This document shows, in pieces, positions 17,310-26,630 of a stretch of DNA of 64,000 nt. The translations under genes were made by a program, and so were the position numbers. Within the stretch, counting starts at the first letter, position 1; every line of letters begins with the position of its first letter. Source of the stretch: Polyangiaceae bacterium (GTDB lineage Bacteria; Myxococcota_A; Polyangia; Polyangiales; Polyangiaceae). Below the pieces are notes generated by a model. The model was not told the DNA's origin and ran no database searches. It worked only from the letters and a program-made list of their open reading frames with translations. The stretch spans positions 143,350 through 207,349 of the forward strand of contig JBNKBE010000003.1 in the NCBI GenBank assembly GCA_050287085.1, read 5' to 3'.

Positions 17310-19631
17310 TCAGCGCAGCGTTATGTGCCCTCCAAGCACCCGATTGTCGTCGTGCTCGCCGGCGCTGACCTCCATGCGATCGTCTCCGGAAAACAATCCG
17401 AAGTAGACCGCATAGCTCCCCGCGGGGAGATCATCATCAAGGGCGAACTCGTACTCGTCCACGATCACGTCTCCCGGTCGCCAGAGCTTCATGGGATAAC
17501 GCCCGCCCACCGTGTCGTGGTCACCGTTGAAGCGCCGCCCTCGACCGTCGATGTGTATGAAGGTCTTCCACTCTCGGGAGATTCGGCCCTTGACGCGATA
17601 CGCCATCACAAAGCGGTAGCGCTCCCCCGCCGAAAGGGTTTCGATCGGCCCGCCCTGGCTACCGTGCTCCCGAATCTCCCACCCGACCAGGTCCAGCGCC
17701 GTCCCGAAGGTTCGCGCCGTGGGATGAGCCAACGTCGGCGGCTCATCCCGCACGCAAGTGGCGAGCGGGTTATCGTTCACCATTCCCGGAGGAAGGGTAC
17801 TCACGGCCAGCAGAAGCTCCGGTGAATCTGCATCCACGACGGGTAGGAGCCGCCCCGTCTGAGACCTAAACTTGGACGTGATCTGGGCCAGGCGCTCGGA
17901 GGTGATGGCAAGCCAGCGTCGCTCCTTGTCGGGCGCTGCGAGCCAAGCGACCGCGTCGCGCTCCTGTTCGAAGCGCTGGGCGTCGCCGGCACCGTGAAAT
18001 GCGGCCAAGCTGCCACGATCTCCCATCGTGCCAAGCGGCTCTCCGGGAGCCGCGTAGCGCCGGTAGCTCTCAAATACTCCGGTCGGGGAAAGCGCCAAAG
18101 ACAACGAGGGGTACAACCCCAGATTCAGCAGACAGCCGGCGAGAAAGAAGCCCGAAGCGAATCCGAAATGGCGCTCGAAGCGACGGGCCCAAGAGCGCAC
18201 CCAAGCCACCCCATCCAGCGTGTGCCCCGCGATGGAGAGCAAAAGCGGCAACCCAACGAGGAGGGCGGCCACGAGCCACCAGCCAAACCCCTGACCACGA
18301 AGCGACTCAGGAACCTCCGCGGCAATGGTCCCAAAGGAGGAAAACGCCTTCTCCGGAAAGTTTCGGAAGTCAACCAGCAACAGCACCAGGAGCGCACTCG
18401 CGCTCAAGCCCCCCGAAAGCGAGAGGCCATGGCTCTGCTGCCAACGCTCAAGTTGTAGGGCTAATAAGATCGCAACGGCAAATCCGAAAGCGAAGGGCTG
18501 CAGCCCAGACCGCTCCCCCAACAACGAATAGACGGCCATGCCAAGCAACACGGCATACACAACCGCTCGTTCGGCGCCCTCACCCCCCGGATGCGACGCA
18601 ACCGTCTCCTCGTCTGGGCCTCGCAGGTTCCCACGCCCCGAGGAGAGGGCGGCGCCAAGCGCGGCCGGCAGCAGAAGGCTCCACGGAAAGAAGCCATGGC
18701 CGAGATAGTGCATCACCTGATCATGGGTCCAGAACTTCTTCCCCAACGACACGCTTGCCCCCGCTAGACGAGACATGCGCTCCCCATCTCCCCACAGCGG
18801 CATTAGGCCTGCAATCCCCCATAGGCAGGCCATCACGAGCAAGCCCCCGCCCAGCCGTTTTTGCCAAGCAGCGGGCTCCCGCAGTGCCGCGAGTCCAACC
18901 GGAGCCAGGGGCAAGAAGATCCCCACACAAGTCCCGCGCGTGCCGGATGCGCAGGCGAGCGCAAGGAGCGCGCAACCGAGGATTGCCCCACGGGCCCGCC
19001 TCGAAGGGGGCGGAGCAAAACACAGAACCGCCAGCGAGAGAAACCCGGCACTGCACCCCAAGAAGGCGAAGGCATCGCCAAAAACGCCCCGGAACGGCAA
19101 GACCAGAGCGGGAGTCGACAGGACTACCGCCACCACTAGCCGCGCTGCCCGCTCGCCCCATAGCGCCCGGGCGCCAAGGTAGTTGACGACCACAAACGCG
19201 ATCCCAACCAATACGAAGGACGCCCGGATCGCCCCCACGCTGAGGCCCAACACCCTGAGCACCACCGCAGCAACCATCACGGGCAGATCCCCCCGCCCCC
19301 ACTCTTCCAAGGTGGGAAGCTCGTTGTCAGCCCCCTCCAAGCGAAACGCCTCCCCCGCCCCGAGCCAGTTCAAGGCAACACGGCGCGCGGCATCCGCCAG
19401 CGGTAGTTCTTGAGCCTCCCAAAGGCCTCCTAGCAATGCCGGCAGCATCACGACCAGCGCCGCTAGCCCCACCAAGAGCCCAGGTGGGAGCCGGCCCAGA
19501 CCAGTGCCTCGCTCTTTTCTAGGGGCGCTCGCCCGGTGAACGTCTACGTCTTGACCCATTCGAGGCGCGGACCCTAGCAGAGGGACCCCGCCCGCAACAG
19601 CCCTGGCCTGCGCCTGCCAGAACCAGGGCAA
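17310..19631 (-). CDS. GT-C (ArnT/PMT-like) membrane glycosyltransferase with C-terminal periplasmic domain
   Basis: More than 10 TM segments; LWEAQE..ADAARR loop after TM1; GFFPWSLLLP motif; C-terminal FIHID..FNGDH..GGRYP..WRPGDVIVD domain. Likely start ATG 19559. Confidence 0.75.
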   Translation of the reverse strand: MPWFWQAQARAVAGGVPLLGSAPRMGQDVDVHRASAPRKERGTGLGRLPPGLLVGLAALVVMLPALLGGLWEAQELPLADAARRVALNWLGAGEAFRLEGADNELPTLEEWGRGDLPVMVAAVVLRVLGLSVGAIRASFVLVGIAFVVVNYLGARALWGERAARLVVAVVLSTPALVLPFRGVFGDAFAFLGCSAGFLSLAVLCFAPPPSRRARGAILGCALLALACASGTRGTCVGIFLPLAPVGLAALREPAAWQKRLGGGLLVMACLWGIAGLMPLWGDGERMSRLAGASVSLGKKFWTHDQVMHYLGHGFFPWSLLLPAALGAALSSGRGNLRGPDEETVASHPGGEGAERAVVYAVLLGMAVYSLLGERSGLQPFAFGFAVAILLALQLERWQQSHGLSLSGGLSASALLVLLLVDFRNFPEKAFSSFGTIAAEVPESLRGQGFGWWLVAALLVGLPLLLSIAGHTLDGVAWVRSWARRFERHFGFASGFFLAGCLLNLGLYPSLSLALSPTGVFESYRRYAAPGEPLGTMGDRGSLAAFHGAGDAQRFEQERDAVAWLAAPDKERRWLAITSERLAQITSKFRSQTGRLLPVVDADSPELLLAVSTLPPGMVNDNPLATCVRDEPPTLAHPTARTFGTALDLVGWEIREHGSQGGPIETLSAGERYRFVMAYRVKGRISREWKTFIHIDGRGRRFNGDHDTVGGRYPMKLWRPGDVIVDEYEFALDDDLPAGSYAVYFGLFSGDDRMEVSAGEHDDNRVLGGHITLR

Positions 19632-19634
19632 GAC

Positions 19635-19961
19635 CTACACGCGCGGAAAACCGAAGGATAGCAGGCCCGTTGCCTCGTCGTAGCGAACGCCCCACATCAG
19701 CGCCTGAGGGAATAGCGTCACGTCCTCAGCCGCAAGATCGGTGGCCAAAGCGGCGGGTTCGGGACGCGCCGCCCGCCAAGTCAAACGTCCCACGCGTCTC
19801 GGGCGGGCCGAAATAAAGTACAACTCCTCGCTGCGGGGCACCGCCGCGTACATTGCGCGAGCCAAAGCGTTGTCGGTCTCCCAGCGAAACTCGGCTATCA
19901 CCTGCTCCCACGCCTCTCGGCGCGTCGCCCACAGACGGTCAGAAAGCAGTTCGATACTCAT
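19635..19961 (-). CDS. Small hypothetical protein
   Basis: 108 aa; GGAG upstream; co-oriented with and directly upstream of the GT-C gene. Confidence 0.55.
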   Translation of the reverse strand: MSIELLSDRLWATRREAWEQVIAEFRWETDNALARAMYAAVPRSEELYFISARPRRVGRLTWRAARPEPAALATDLAAEDVTLFPQALMWGVRYDEATGLLSFGFPRV

Positions 19962-20220
19962 CGCAATGGCTCCAGCTTAACTGGCCGGCTCCGGCATCGG
20001 AGACCCCAAATGGGGTCGCTATTGCTCACACTTTCTCCGGAAACGGGGCCCGCCTGTTTGTGAACGGCGCAAAACGCTTGCTCCAAAGTTAGATTGTCGC
20101 TATCCACCCGCAGCTAGGCAGTCTGACCGGCCTCCGTGCCAAGCGCTGGCTCTCTCGCCGCGACAGGACCGTCGCGGGGCGTTCTCAACTGTCGGGCGTT
20201 CTAATAAAGCCAGTAAAATT

Positions 20221-21492
20221 ATGCATTTTGGCACCGTTGCACTGGTAGGGCGCACCAACGTCGGCAAGTCGACTTTTCTCAATGCGGCCCTTGGGGAAAA
20301 GCTGACCATCGTCTCTCCTTTGCCTCAAACCACCCGGGATGAGGTGCTTGGAGTGGTGCACCGCGCAAACAGTCAGATCGCATTCACCGATACACCCGGA
20401 CTGCACCGCCCCAAAACGGAGCTCGGCCGACGGATGAATGCACGCGCGCTCGATACGGCGCGCAGCCACGACGTGGTCGTCTTCATGACCGATGTCTCCT
20501 CCCTCCAGCGTCGCGGCCAGGAGCACCGTCCCGACGCAGATCCCATTGCGCCCGACGACCGACGACTGCTCCAGGCGCTGCGGCCCGACATCCCGGTTCT
20601 GCTGGTGATCAACAAAGTCGACCAGATCAAGGACAAGCCTCGCTTGCTGCCTTTGTTGGAAGCGTTTTCGAAGCTCTTTCCGTTCCGTGCGGTCATTCCT
20701 ACCAGCGTGCGTCGGCAAGTAGGGGTCGAGCAGGTATTGCAGGAGATCGAGAAGCTACTTCCGGAGGCGGAAGCCCCGTTTGGCCCCGACGACGTCACCG
20801 ATCGCCCGGCGCATTTCTTCGTGCGCGAGTACGTGCGCGAGCAAGTGCTGCTGCAAACCGCCCGCGAAGTACCTCATGCGGTGGCGGTCACCGTCGACCG
20901 ATTCGAAGAATCACCGCGGGTCGCGGTCATCGCAGCCACCATTCACGTCGAGAAAGAAGGGCAGCGGGCGATCCTGATCGGTAAGGGTGGACAAAAGATC
21001 AAGGAGATCGGCACCGCCGCCCGCGTCGAGCTGGAAGCGCTGCTCGGAAAGACCCTGCACCTCGAGCTCTTTGTGCGGGTCACAGAGCGCTGGAAGGACG
21101 TGCCTAGGCAGCTGAGTGAAATGGGGTATGAGGCCAGCGGCAGCCGCGAGCTCTCACACCTCTTGCCCAAAGGGCTTCCGCGCAAACGCACGGCCCGATC
21201 GCGGGCCGGAGGCCGCGTTCCGGCCCGCGGCGCTCACGGCTCGACCCGCTCAGCGTCCTCGCCAACGGGACAAGCGCCCCGCGCCAAAACAAGCGCTACG
21301 CCCGCGAAAGCCGCACCCCCGGGAGGGAAGTCCTCGCCGAAGAACGCCGCTGAGCGCGCAACCCCCAAGGCCGGTGGCGCTAGCGCCAAGGGCCCGGCGC
21401 GCAGAAGCCCGGGTAGGCCTCCCCAAGGGTCTCAACGTTCGGGCCGACCAGGGCGCAAAGCGAACCAAGTCCAGAAGGGGCGCAAGCGATGA
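20221..21492 (+). CDS. era: GTPase Era with long basic C-terminal extension
   Basis: GRTNVGKST, PQTTR, DTPG, NKVD, KH domain (ILIGKGGQKIKEIG). Confidence 0.97.
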   Translation: MHFGTVALVGRTNVGKSTFLNAALGEKLTIVSPLPQTTRDEVLGVVHRANSQIAFTDTPGLHRPKTELGRRMNARALDTARSHDVVVFMTDVSSLQRRGQEHRPDADPIAPDDRRLLQALRPDIPVLLVINKVDQIKDKPRLLPLLEAFSKLFPFRAVIPTSVRRQVGVEQVLQEIEKLLPEAEAPFGPDDVTDRPAHFFVREYVREQVLLQTAREVPHAVAVTVDRFEESPRVAVIAATIHVEKEGQRAILIGKGGQKIKEIGTAARVELEALLGKTLHLELFVRVTERWKDVPRQLSEMGYEASGSRELSHLLPKGLPRKRTARSRAGGRVPARGAHGSTRSASSPTGQAPRAKTSATPAKAAPPGGKSSPKNAAERATPKAGGASAKGPARRSPGRPPQGSQRSGRPGRKANQVQKGRKR

Positions 21493-22832
21493 CGCCGCTG
21501 CCACTCTTGGCTCTCGTCGGACGTCCCAACGTCGGCAAGAGCACATTGTTCAATCGACTGGTTGGGAAAAAGCTCGCCATCGTTCACGACGAGCCGGGAG
21601 TCACCCGCGATCGTCACTACGCGGACGCCAGCATTTTGGGGCGCGAAGTGACCGTGATCGACACCGGCGGTTTCGACCCAACCGACATCGATCCGATGCG
21701 ACAGGGCATCGCGCGCCACGTGGAGGCCGCCATCGCCGAGGCCGACGTCATCGTCTGTGTCCTCGATGCCCTGGGACAGCCGACAGAAGCGGATCGACAG
21801 GCCGTTGGCTTGCTGCGACGAGCAGACAAACCTGTGATCTATCTGGCCAACCGGGCCGACAACGAACAGGCGGAACTCGACGCCGCGGACCTGCATCGCC
21901 TCGGGATCGACCCTTTGATCTGCGGTTCGGCGCTGCACGGGCGGCGCATGGCGCAACTTCAAGCCGCCATCGCGGACGCCTTGCCGCCAGCGAGCGAGCC
22001 AAGCGAAGAAGAAAGTGAGAAGTGGCCTCGGGTCGCCCTTCTCGGCCGCCCCAACGCGGGCAAATCTTCACTGCTCAATCATCTCTGTGGCGCTGAGCGT
22101 TCGCTGGTAGACGACCGACCCGGCACCACCCGCGATCCCATCGACGCGCGTGTCGAGTTCGATGGCCAAACCTACTCGCTGCTGGATACCGCTGGGGTGC
22201 GGCGCCGTTCAAAGGTGCGCGAGGAAATCGAGCTCAAGAGCGTGATGCGCTCGCTCCGGTGCATCCACCGAGCTGATGTAGTGGTGTTGATGTGTGATGC
22301 GACGCGCGGCGTCGAAGACCAAGACGCCAAACTGCTGTCGCTGGCGGAGGCCCGTGGTCGCGCCCTGGTCGTGGGTCTCAACAAGAGCGACCTCCTCAGT
22401 CGCGCCGAGCTCCGCGCGGCAACCCAACAAGCCCGGGACGCGCTCCACTTTGCGCCCTGGGTGCCCGTCGTCGGTCTGAGTGCCAAGACCGGGCGGGGAG
22501 TAAAAGCATTGATGACGCAGGTCCGTCAGAGCTACGGGGAATTCACCCAGCGCGTGACGACCTCGACGCTCAATCGCTTCTTTGAAGAAGTACTAGAACA
22601 CCACCCACCGCCAACCCAAGGTGGTAAGGCGCCGCGCTTGTACTACATGACGCAGGCTCAAACGGCTCCGCCCGTATTCGTAGCGATGAGCTCTGCGCCA
22701 GACGCCATCGGTCACGCTTACAATCGCTTTGTAGTCAATCAGCTACGCGCGGCCTTTGGCTTTACATCCGTACCCGTTCGCCTCAAATTCAGAGCCCGAA
22801 GGCGTCGCGGTGACGCGGACGCAGGCGACTGA
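21489..22832 (+). CDS. der: Ribosome biogenesis GTPase Der (EngA)
   Basis: Two G domains (GRPNVGKST/DTGG; GRPNAGKSS/DTAG/NKSD) plus KH-like C-terminus; ATGA overlap with era. Confidence 0.97.
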   Translation: MTPLPLLALVGRPNVGKSTLFNRLVGKKLAIVHDEPGVTRDRHYADASILGREVTVIDTGGFDPTDIDPMRQGIARHVEAAIAEADVIVCVLDALGQPTEADRQAVGLLRRADKPVIYLANRADNEQAELDAADLHRLGIDPLICGSALHGRRMAQLQAAIADALPPASEPSEEESEKWPRVALLGRPNAGKSSLLNHLCGAERSLVDDRPGTTRDPIDARVEFDGQTYSLLDTAGVRRRSKVREEIELKSVMRSLRCIHRADVVVLMCDATRGVEDQDAKLLSLAEARGRALVVGLNKSDLLSRAELRAATQQARDALHFAPWVPVVGLSAKTGRGVKALMTQVRQSYGEFTQRVTTSTLNRFFEEVLEHHPPPTQGGKAPRLYYMTQAQTAPPVFVAMSSAPDAIGHAYNRFVVNQLRAAFGFTSVPVRLKFRARRRRGDADAGD

Positions 22833-22848
22833 CCTAGCGCCCTTCCCT

Positions 22849-24009
22849 TCAGTGCACCGCTGTCTGCCGGTCCTCAAAACGGGCCAGCTCCCCTTCGACC
22901 ACCGACGCGAGTTGACGCAGAGCGCTGAGCTCCCCGACCCCCGATAGCAAAGGCGGGATCAGCAGCACCGGCATCTGGCTTAGGAATGTCGTCAAGCCCC
23001 TGAGCGAAGCCGCTTCCACGCCCTCAGCTTGGCGCTCAACCTCTAGCGCAGACGCCAGCTTGTCGGACAACGGGGTTCCGAGCGCGGCAGCCAGTGCGCG
23101 CCCCTCGGACTGTCCAATCGTACGCGTCGGGCCGTGAGCAAGACGACAGCGATTGACCACCACCGCCGCCGCGTGAAGGCCCTGCTTCGATAAGGCGCTC
23201 AGGAAGTGCTCTGTGTCGGCAATGGCTGCGCGATTGGGACGCGTGACGAGCACGAAGGCAACATCAGGTTGCAAGAATCCACGGCGCAAACGCTCCGCGC
23301 GCTCACCCAATCCGCCGAAAAGCTGATTCAGTAGAGCGATCAGAGTGGCCAGTTGCTGCAGAAAGATCCCCCCGCTCAAGCGCCCCATGGCGCTGACGAC
23401 AAATGACGCGCCGCGGGCCGCAAGCCCCACCCCGGCGCGCCGCTGCCTGCGCCCCGCGGCGACGAGCGCGCTGATGAGGGGGGTGTCCAAGGCCCCTTGA
23501 AGGCGCGCCGGCCCCCGAAGAAAATCCAGAGCGTGACGACTCGGCGGAGTATCGAGCACGATCAGCGTGGCGGGGGGGAGGGCGTCGAGAAGACCCAACA
23601 CCGTCTCCATAGCCATGTAGTCTTGTGCGCCCGCCAGGTGGGTCCGCAATGCTCGAAACAATGGATGTCGCAAGAGGTCCATCGCCGCTTCGGGTGATGC
23701 CGACAAGGCTCGAACGGTGTCGTCCCAAACCTGCCCCGGCTCCATCATCTTGACCCGCAGACTCCCCCTCAGCCCCAGTTGCGCGGCGCGCTCCGGCGCT
23801 AGCGCCTGCAGCTGCGAACCGTTGGGATCCACCCCCAGGGCTTCCGCTAGCCGTTTGGCCGGATCGACGGTAAGCACCACGACGTCGCGTCCGGTCCGGG
23901 CCGCTGCGACGCTGAGGGCAGCGGCCATGCTGGTCTTGCCAACGCCCCCCGCCCCCGCGCACACGATGACTCGGCGCTTCTGCACGAGCTCAGCGAGTTG
24001 GGACATCAC
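22849..24009 (-). CDS. ArsA/Get3-family ATPase (single domain)
   Basis: GAGGVGKT, TVDPAKRLA, LDTPPSRHALDFL, VVVNR. Confidence 0.9.
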   Translation of the reverse strand: MMSQLAELVQKRRVIVCAGAGGVGKTSMAAALSVAAARTGRDVVVLTVDPAKRLAEALGVDPNGSQLQALAPERAAQLGLRGSLRVKMMEPGQVWDDTVRALSASPEAAMDLLRHPLFRALRTHLAGAQDYMAMETVLGLLDALPPATLIVLDTPPSRHALDFLRGPARLQGALDTPLISALVAAGRRQRRAGVGLAARGASFVVSAMGRLSGGIFLQQLATLIALLNQLFGGLGERAERLRRGFLQPDVAFVLVTRPNRAAIADTEHFLSALSKQGLHAAAVVVNRCRLAHGPTRTIGQSEGRALAAALGTPLSDKLASALEVERQAEGVEAASLRGLTTFLSQMPVLLIPPLLSGVGELSALRQLASVVEGELARFEDRQTAVH

Positions 24010-24143
24010 CCAGGATCATAGGGCACCTGCCCCACAGTCACCAGGCAGGAAGCCGCTCCCAAGCTTTGCCCGGGCCGTTGGTCGACGAGACGCCCCCAAG
24101 CGCGCCTGGCGGCCGCGGCCAAGGCAGGTATGCTCGCCGAACC

Positions 24144-24905
24144 ATGACGTCCGCTCCCTCGCCGCAGCCGCCGCCGAATGGGGTGCAGACTGGATACATC
24201 GATCTGCATTGCCATTGCGTTCCCGGCGTCGACGATGGCGTGCGCACTCACGAGGAGGCCTCTGAACTGCTGCTGGGCCTCGCGAGCCTGGGCTTCGGCC
24301 AGGTCGTGGCTACGCCCCATATGCGGCCCGGGCTTTTCGACAACACCCGTGTTCAGCTGGAAGCCGCCTTCTCTGAACTGCACCCAAGCGCCCGCTGGCC
24401 GGCGCTGACCCTCGCCTGCGAACACTACTTCGATGGTGTCGTTTTTGAACGGCTACTGCAGGGCAACGGTCTGCCCTACCCCGGAGCGCGCGCGGTGCTG
24501 CTGGAGTTCTACGACTGCACCTTCGAAACCACGGTGCAGCACAGGCTGGCGCAACTGAATCGCCGCCGAATGCGCCCGGTCATCGCCCACCCTGAGCGCT
24601 ATCCCAAGCTGGCCGCATCACCCCAACACGTTGAGCGACTGCTCGACGTCGGCGCGGTATTGCTGCTCGACATCGCTAGCCTGGTCGGCCACTACGGACG
24701 GGCACCACGACGCGCCGCGGAGCGTCTGCTCGATGCCGGCTTCTACGCAGCCGCGTGCAGCGACGCACACCGTCCCCGGGACCTTCCGGTCATCGCTCAA
24801 GCGCTCGATCTGCTGGCCGCGCGCTACGGCGCCGAAGAGCAGCAGCGTCTGCTCTGTGATGGGCCCCGAGCAATTCTCGATGGCAACGACAAGGCACTGA
24901 TGTAA
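24144..24905 (+). CDS. PHP-family tyrosine phosphatase (CpsB/CapC/Wzb-type)
   Basis: IDLHCHCVPGVDDG, VATPH, VIAHPERY, SDAH. Confidence 0.9.
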   Translation: MTSAPSPQPPPNGVQTGYIDLHCHCVPGVDDGVRTHEEASELLLGLASLGFGQVVATPHMRPGLFDNTRVQLEAAFSELHPSARWPALTLACEHYFDGVVFERLLQGNGLPYPGARAVLLEFYDCTFETTVQHRLAQLNRRRMRPVIAHPERYPKLAASPQHVERLLDVGAVLLLDIASLVGHYGRAPRRAAERLLDAGFYAAACSDAHRPRDLPVIAQALDLLAARYGAEEQQRLLCDGPRAILDGNDKALM

Positions 24906-25964
24906 ATGACCCACCTTCGTAAGCATGGAGTTAAGCTGCTCGCATCGTGCGTTGTGGCCGCCGCTTTTGGCTGGTTGCTCGACCGCGGAGCCCTCCCGTG
25001 GCTGCCCGAGACCCAGGTGCTGCAGCAGGCCAGCGGCTGGGCGCTGCCCGCCTACCTCTCGCTCTGGACGGCTGTGCACGTGCTGCGGGCGCTCCGCTGG
25101 CACTACCTGCTACGCCCGCTGGGCCCCGTGCCCATCAAAGACATCTTGGGGACCTCTTTCATCGGCTTTGCAGCCATAGTGCTGCTGCCGCTGCGTGCCG
25201 GCGAAGTGGTGCGCCCGGCCCTCTTGCGCCGCAAGGACGGCTTGTCGGGTTGGAGCGTCATGGGCACCATCGGCGCGGAGCGGATATTTGACGGCCTCTT
25301 CTTGAGCTTGATGCTGCTGGTCGGGCTCGCCCTAAGCGAACAACTCGATCCGCTTCCCACCCGCATCGGGCAGCTGGCAATCTCGCCTGCGATAGTGCCG
25401 AGAGCCGCCACGGTCGCCTTGCTGCTCTTTGGCGCCGCCTTCGCGACCATGGCGGTATTCTTTGTCGCCCGGGCCCAAGCGTGCCGACTGGTCGCGGGTC
25501 TCATTGGCTGGGCGTCGCCCAGACTGGCGAAGTGGGTTAGCGACCGTATTGCCAAAGTCACGGACGGCCTCAACTTCCTTCCGAGCGCACGTCTCACCCT
25601 TGCCTTCACGGTCGCGACCGGCTGCTACTGGTTTCTCAATGCATGGGCAACCTGGGTGCTGGCACGCGGCGTTGGGCTGGACGCGATCACCCTCGCTCAG
25701 TGTTGTGTGGTGACGGGTGTCCTCGCTCTCGGCGTGATGGTCCCCAACAGTCCGGGCTTCTTCGGTGCCTTTCAATTCTCCGTCTACGCGGCGCTTTCTC
25801 TCTACTTTCCGGAAGACATGCTGCTGCATCGGGGTAGCGTCTTGGTCTTCTTCCTCTACGTCGGTCAAATGGTGGTGACCTTCGCGGCCGCAGCCCTTGG
25901 CCCCCTCCTGCTCAGACAGCGGTGGCGGGTGCTCACGGCCTCCCCCGCGCGGGACTCACCGTAG
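24906..25964 (+). CDS. Lysylphosphatidylglycerol synthase TM / flippase-like membrane protein (UPF0104)
   Basis: RALRW..LL, LPLRAGEVVR, ERIFDG, VPNSPGFFGAFQ; about 8 TM. Confidence 0.85.
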   Translation: MTHLRKHGVKLLASCVVAAAFGWLLDRGALPWLPETQVLQQASGWALPAYLSLWTAVHVLRALRWHYLLRPLGPVPIKDILGTSFIGFAAIVLLPLRAGEVVRPALLRRKDGLSGWSVMGTIGAERIFDGLFLSLMLLVGLALSEQLDPLPTRIGQLAISPAIVPRAATVALLLFGAAFATMAVFFVARAQACRLVAGLIGWASPRLAKWVSDRIAKVTDGLNFLPSARLTLAFTVATGCYWFLNAWATWVLARGVGLDAITLAQCCVVTGVLALGVMVPNSPGFFGAFQFSVYAALSLYFPEDMLLHRGSVLVFFLYVGQMVVTFAAAALGPLLLRQRWRVLTASPARDSP

Positions 25965-26043
25965 ACCACGGGTGGAGGCGCTGAGCTCGGCCCATCGTGC
26001 GAATATTTGGGCCCGAAGCCACGACCATGCTAGCGCAGTCGGT

Positions 26044-26505
26044 ATGCGACTGCGCTCCTACGTCTCGGTAGCCTGGATAGCGAGCTTGTTGCTTGTACCG
26101 AGTGCTCCCGCCCAGGCCAAGAGTAGCACGTGGCTCGCCTACTCCCGCACGCAGGTCTACAGCAGCGCCTTGCGCTACCTGCGGGTGGATCTCGGACTCG
26201 AGGTGGTCGAGCGCGATAGCGACGCCGCTTATCTACTATTCCGCTACGATGCGCCCCAAAACGCAGAACACTTGGGTGCGTTCGAGATCGTCGAGCAAGA
26301 GGAAGGAGTGCGCATTTCTGTCCAGCTCCCCAAAGCTCCCAACTACCGAGAAGCGATGCTGCGGGACGGCTTGGTCAAGAAGATCCGTGGGGACTACGGC
26401 CAACCTCCGAACAAGTCCAAACCTCCAGAGCCCGACGCAGACTCAGACTCCGAGGATAAAGATCAGGAAAAGACCACTGACGACGGAAAATCCACCGCAA
26501 GCTAG
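26044..26505 (+). CDS. Secreted hypothetical protein
   Basis: Signal peptide (AQA-K), compact alpha/beta domain, acidic tail; ATG 26044. Confidence 0.7.
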   Translation: MRLRSYVSVAWIASLLLVPSAPAQAKSSTWLAYSRTQVYSSALRYLRVDLGLEVVERDSDAAYLLFRYDAPQNAEHLGAFEIVEQEEGVRISVQLPKAPNYREAMLRDGLVKKIRGDYGQPPNKSKPPEPDADSDSEDKDQEKTTDDGKSTAS

Positions 26506-26630
26506 GACGGCTGAGAGCGCGTCTTGGCCACTGGCCTCACGACCCGTCGTTTGAGCCGCACTCCGTCCCGCAAACAGCGTCCGTTTCCCTAGCGGTCGCC
26601 GCCAGCGGCAGCTAGACCACAAGGGCCGCC

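Noticed and set aside
22849..24009. Arsenic resistance locus
   Set aside because: No arsB/acr3/arsC/arsR/arsD; single-domain protein without evident metalloid-binding Cys motifs.
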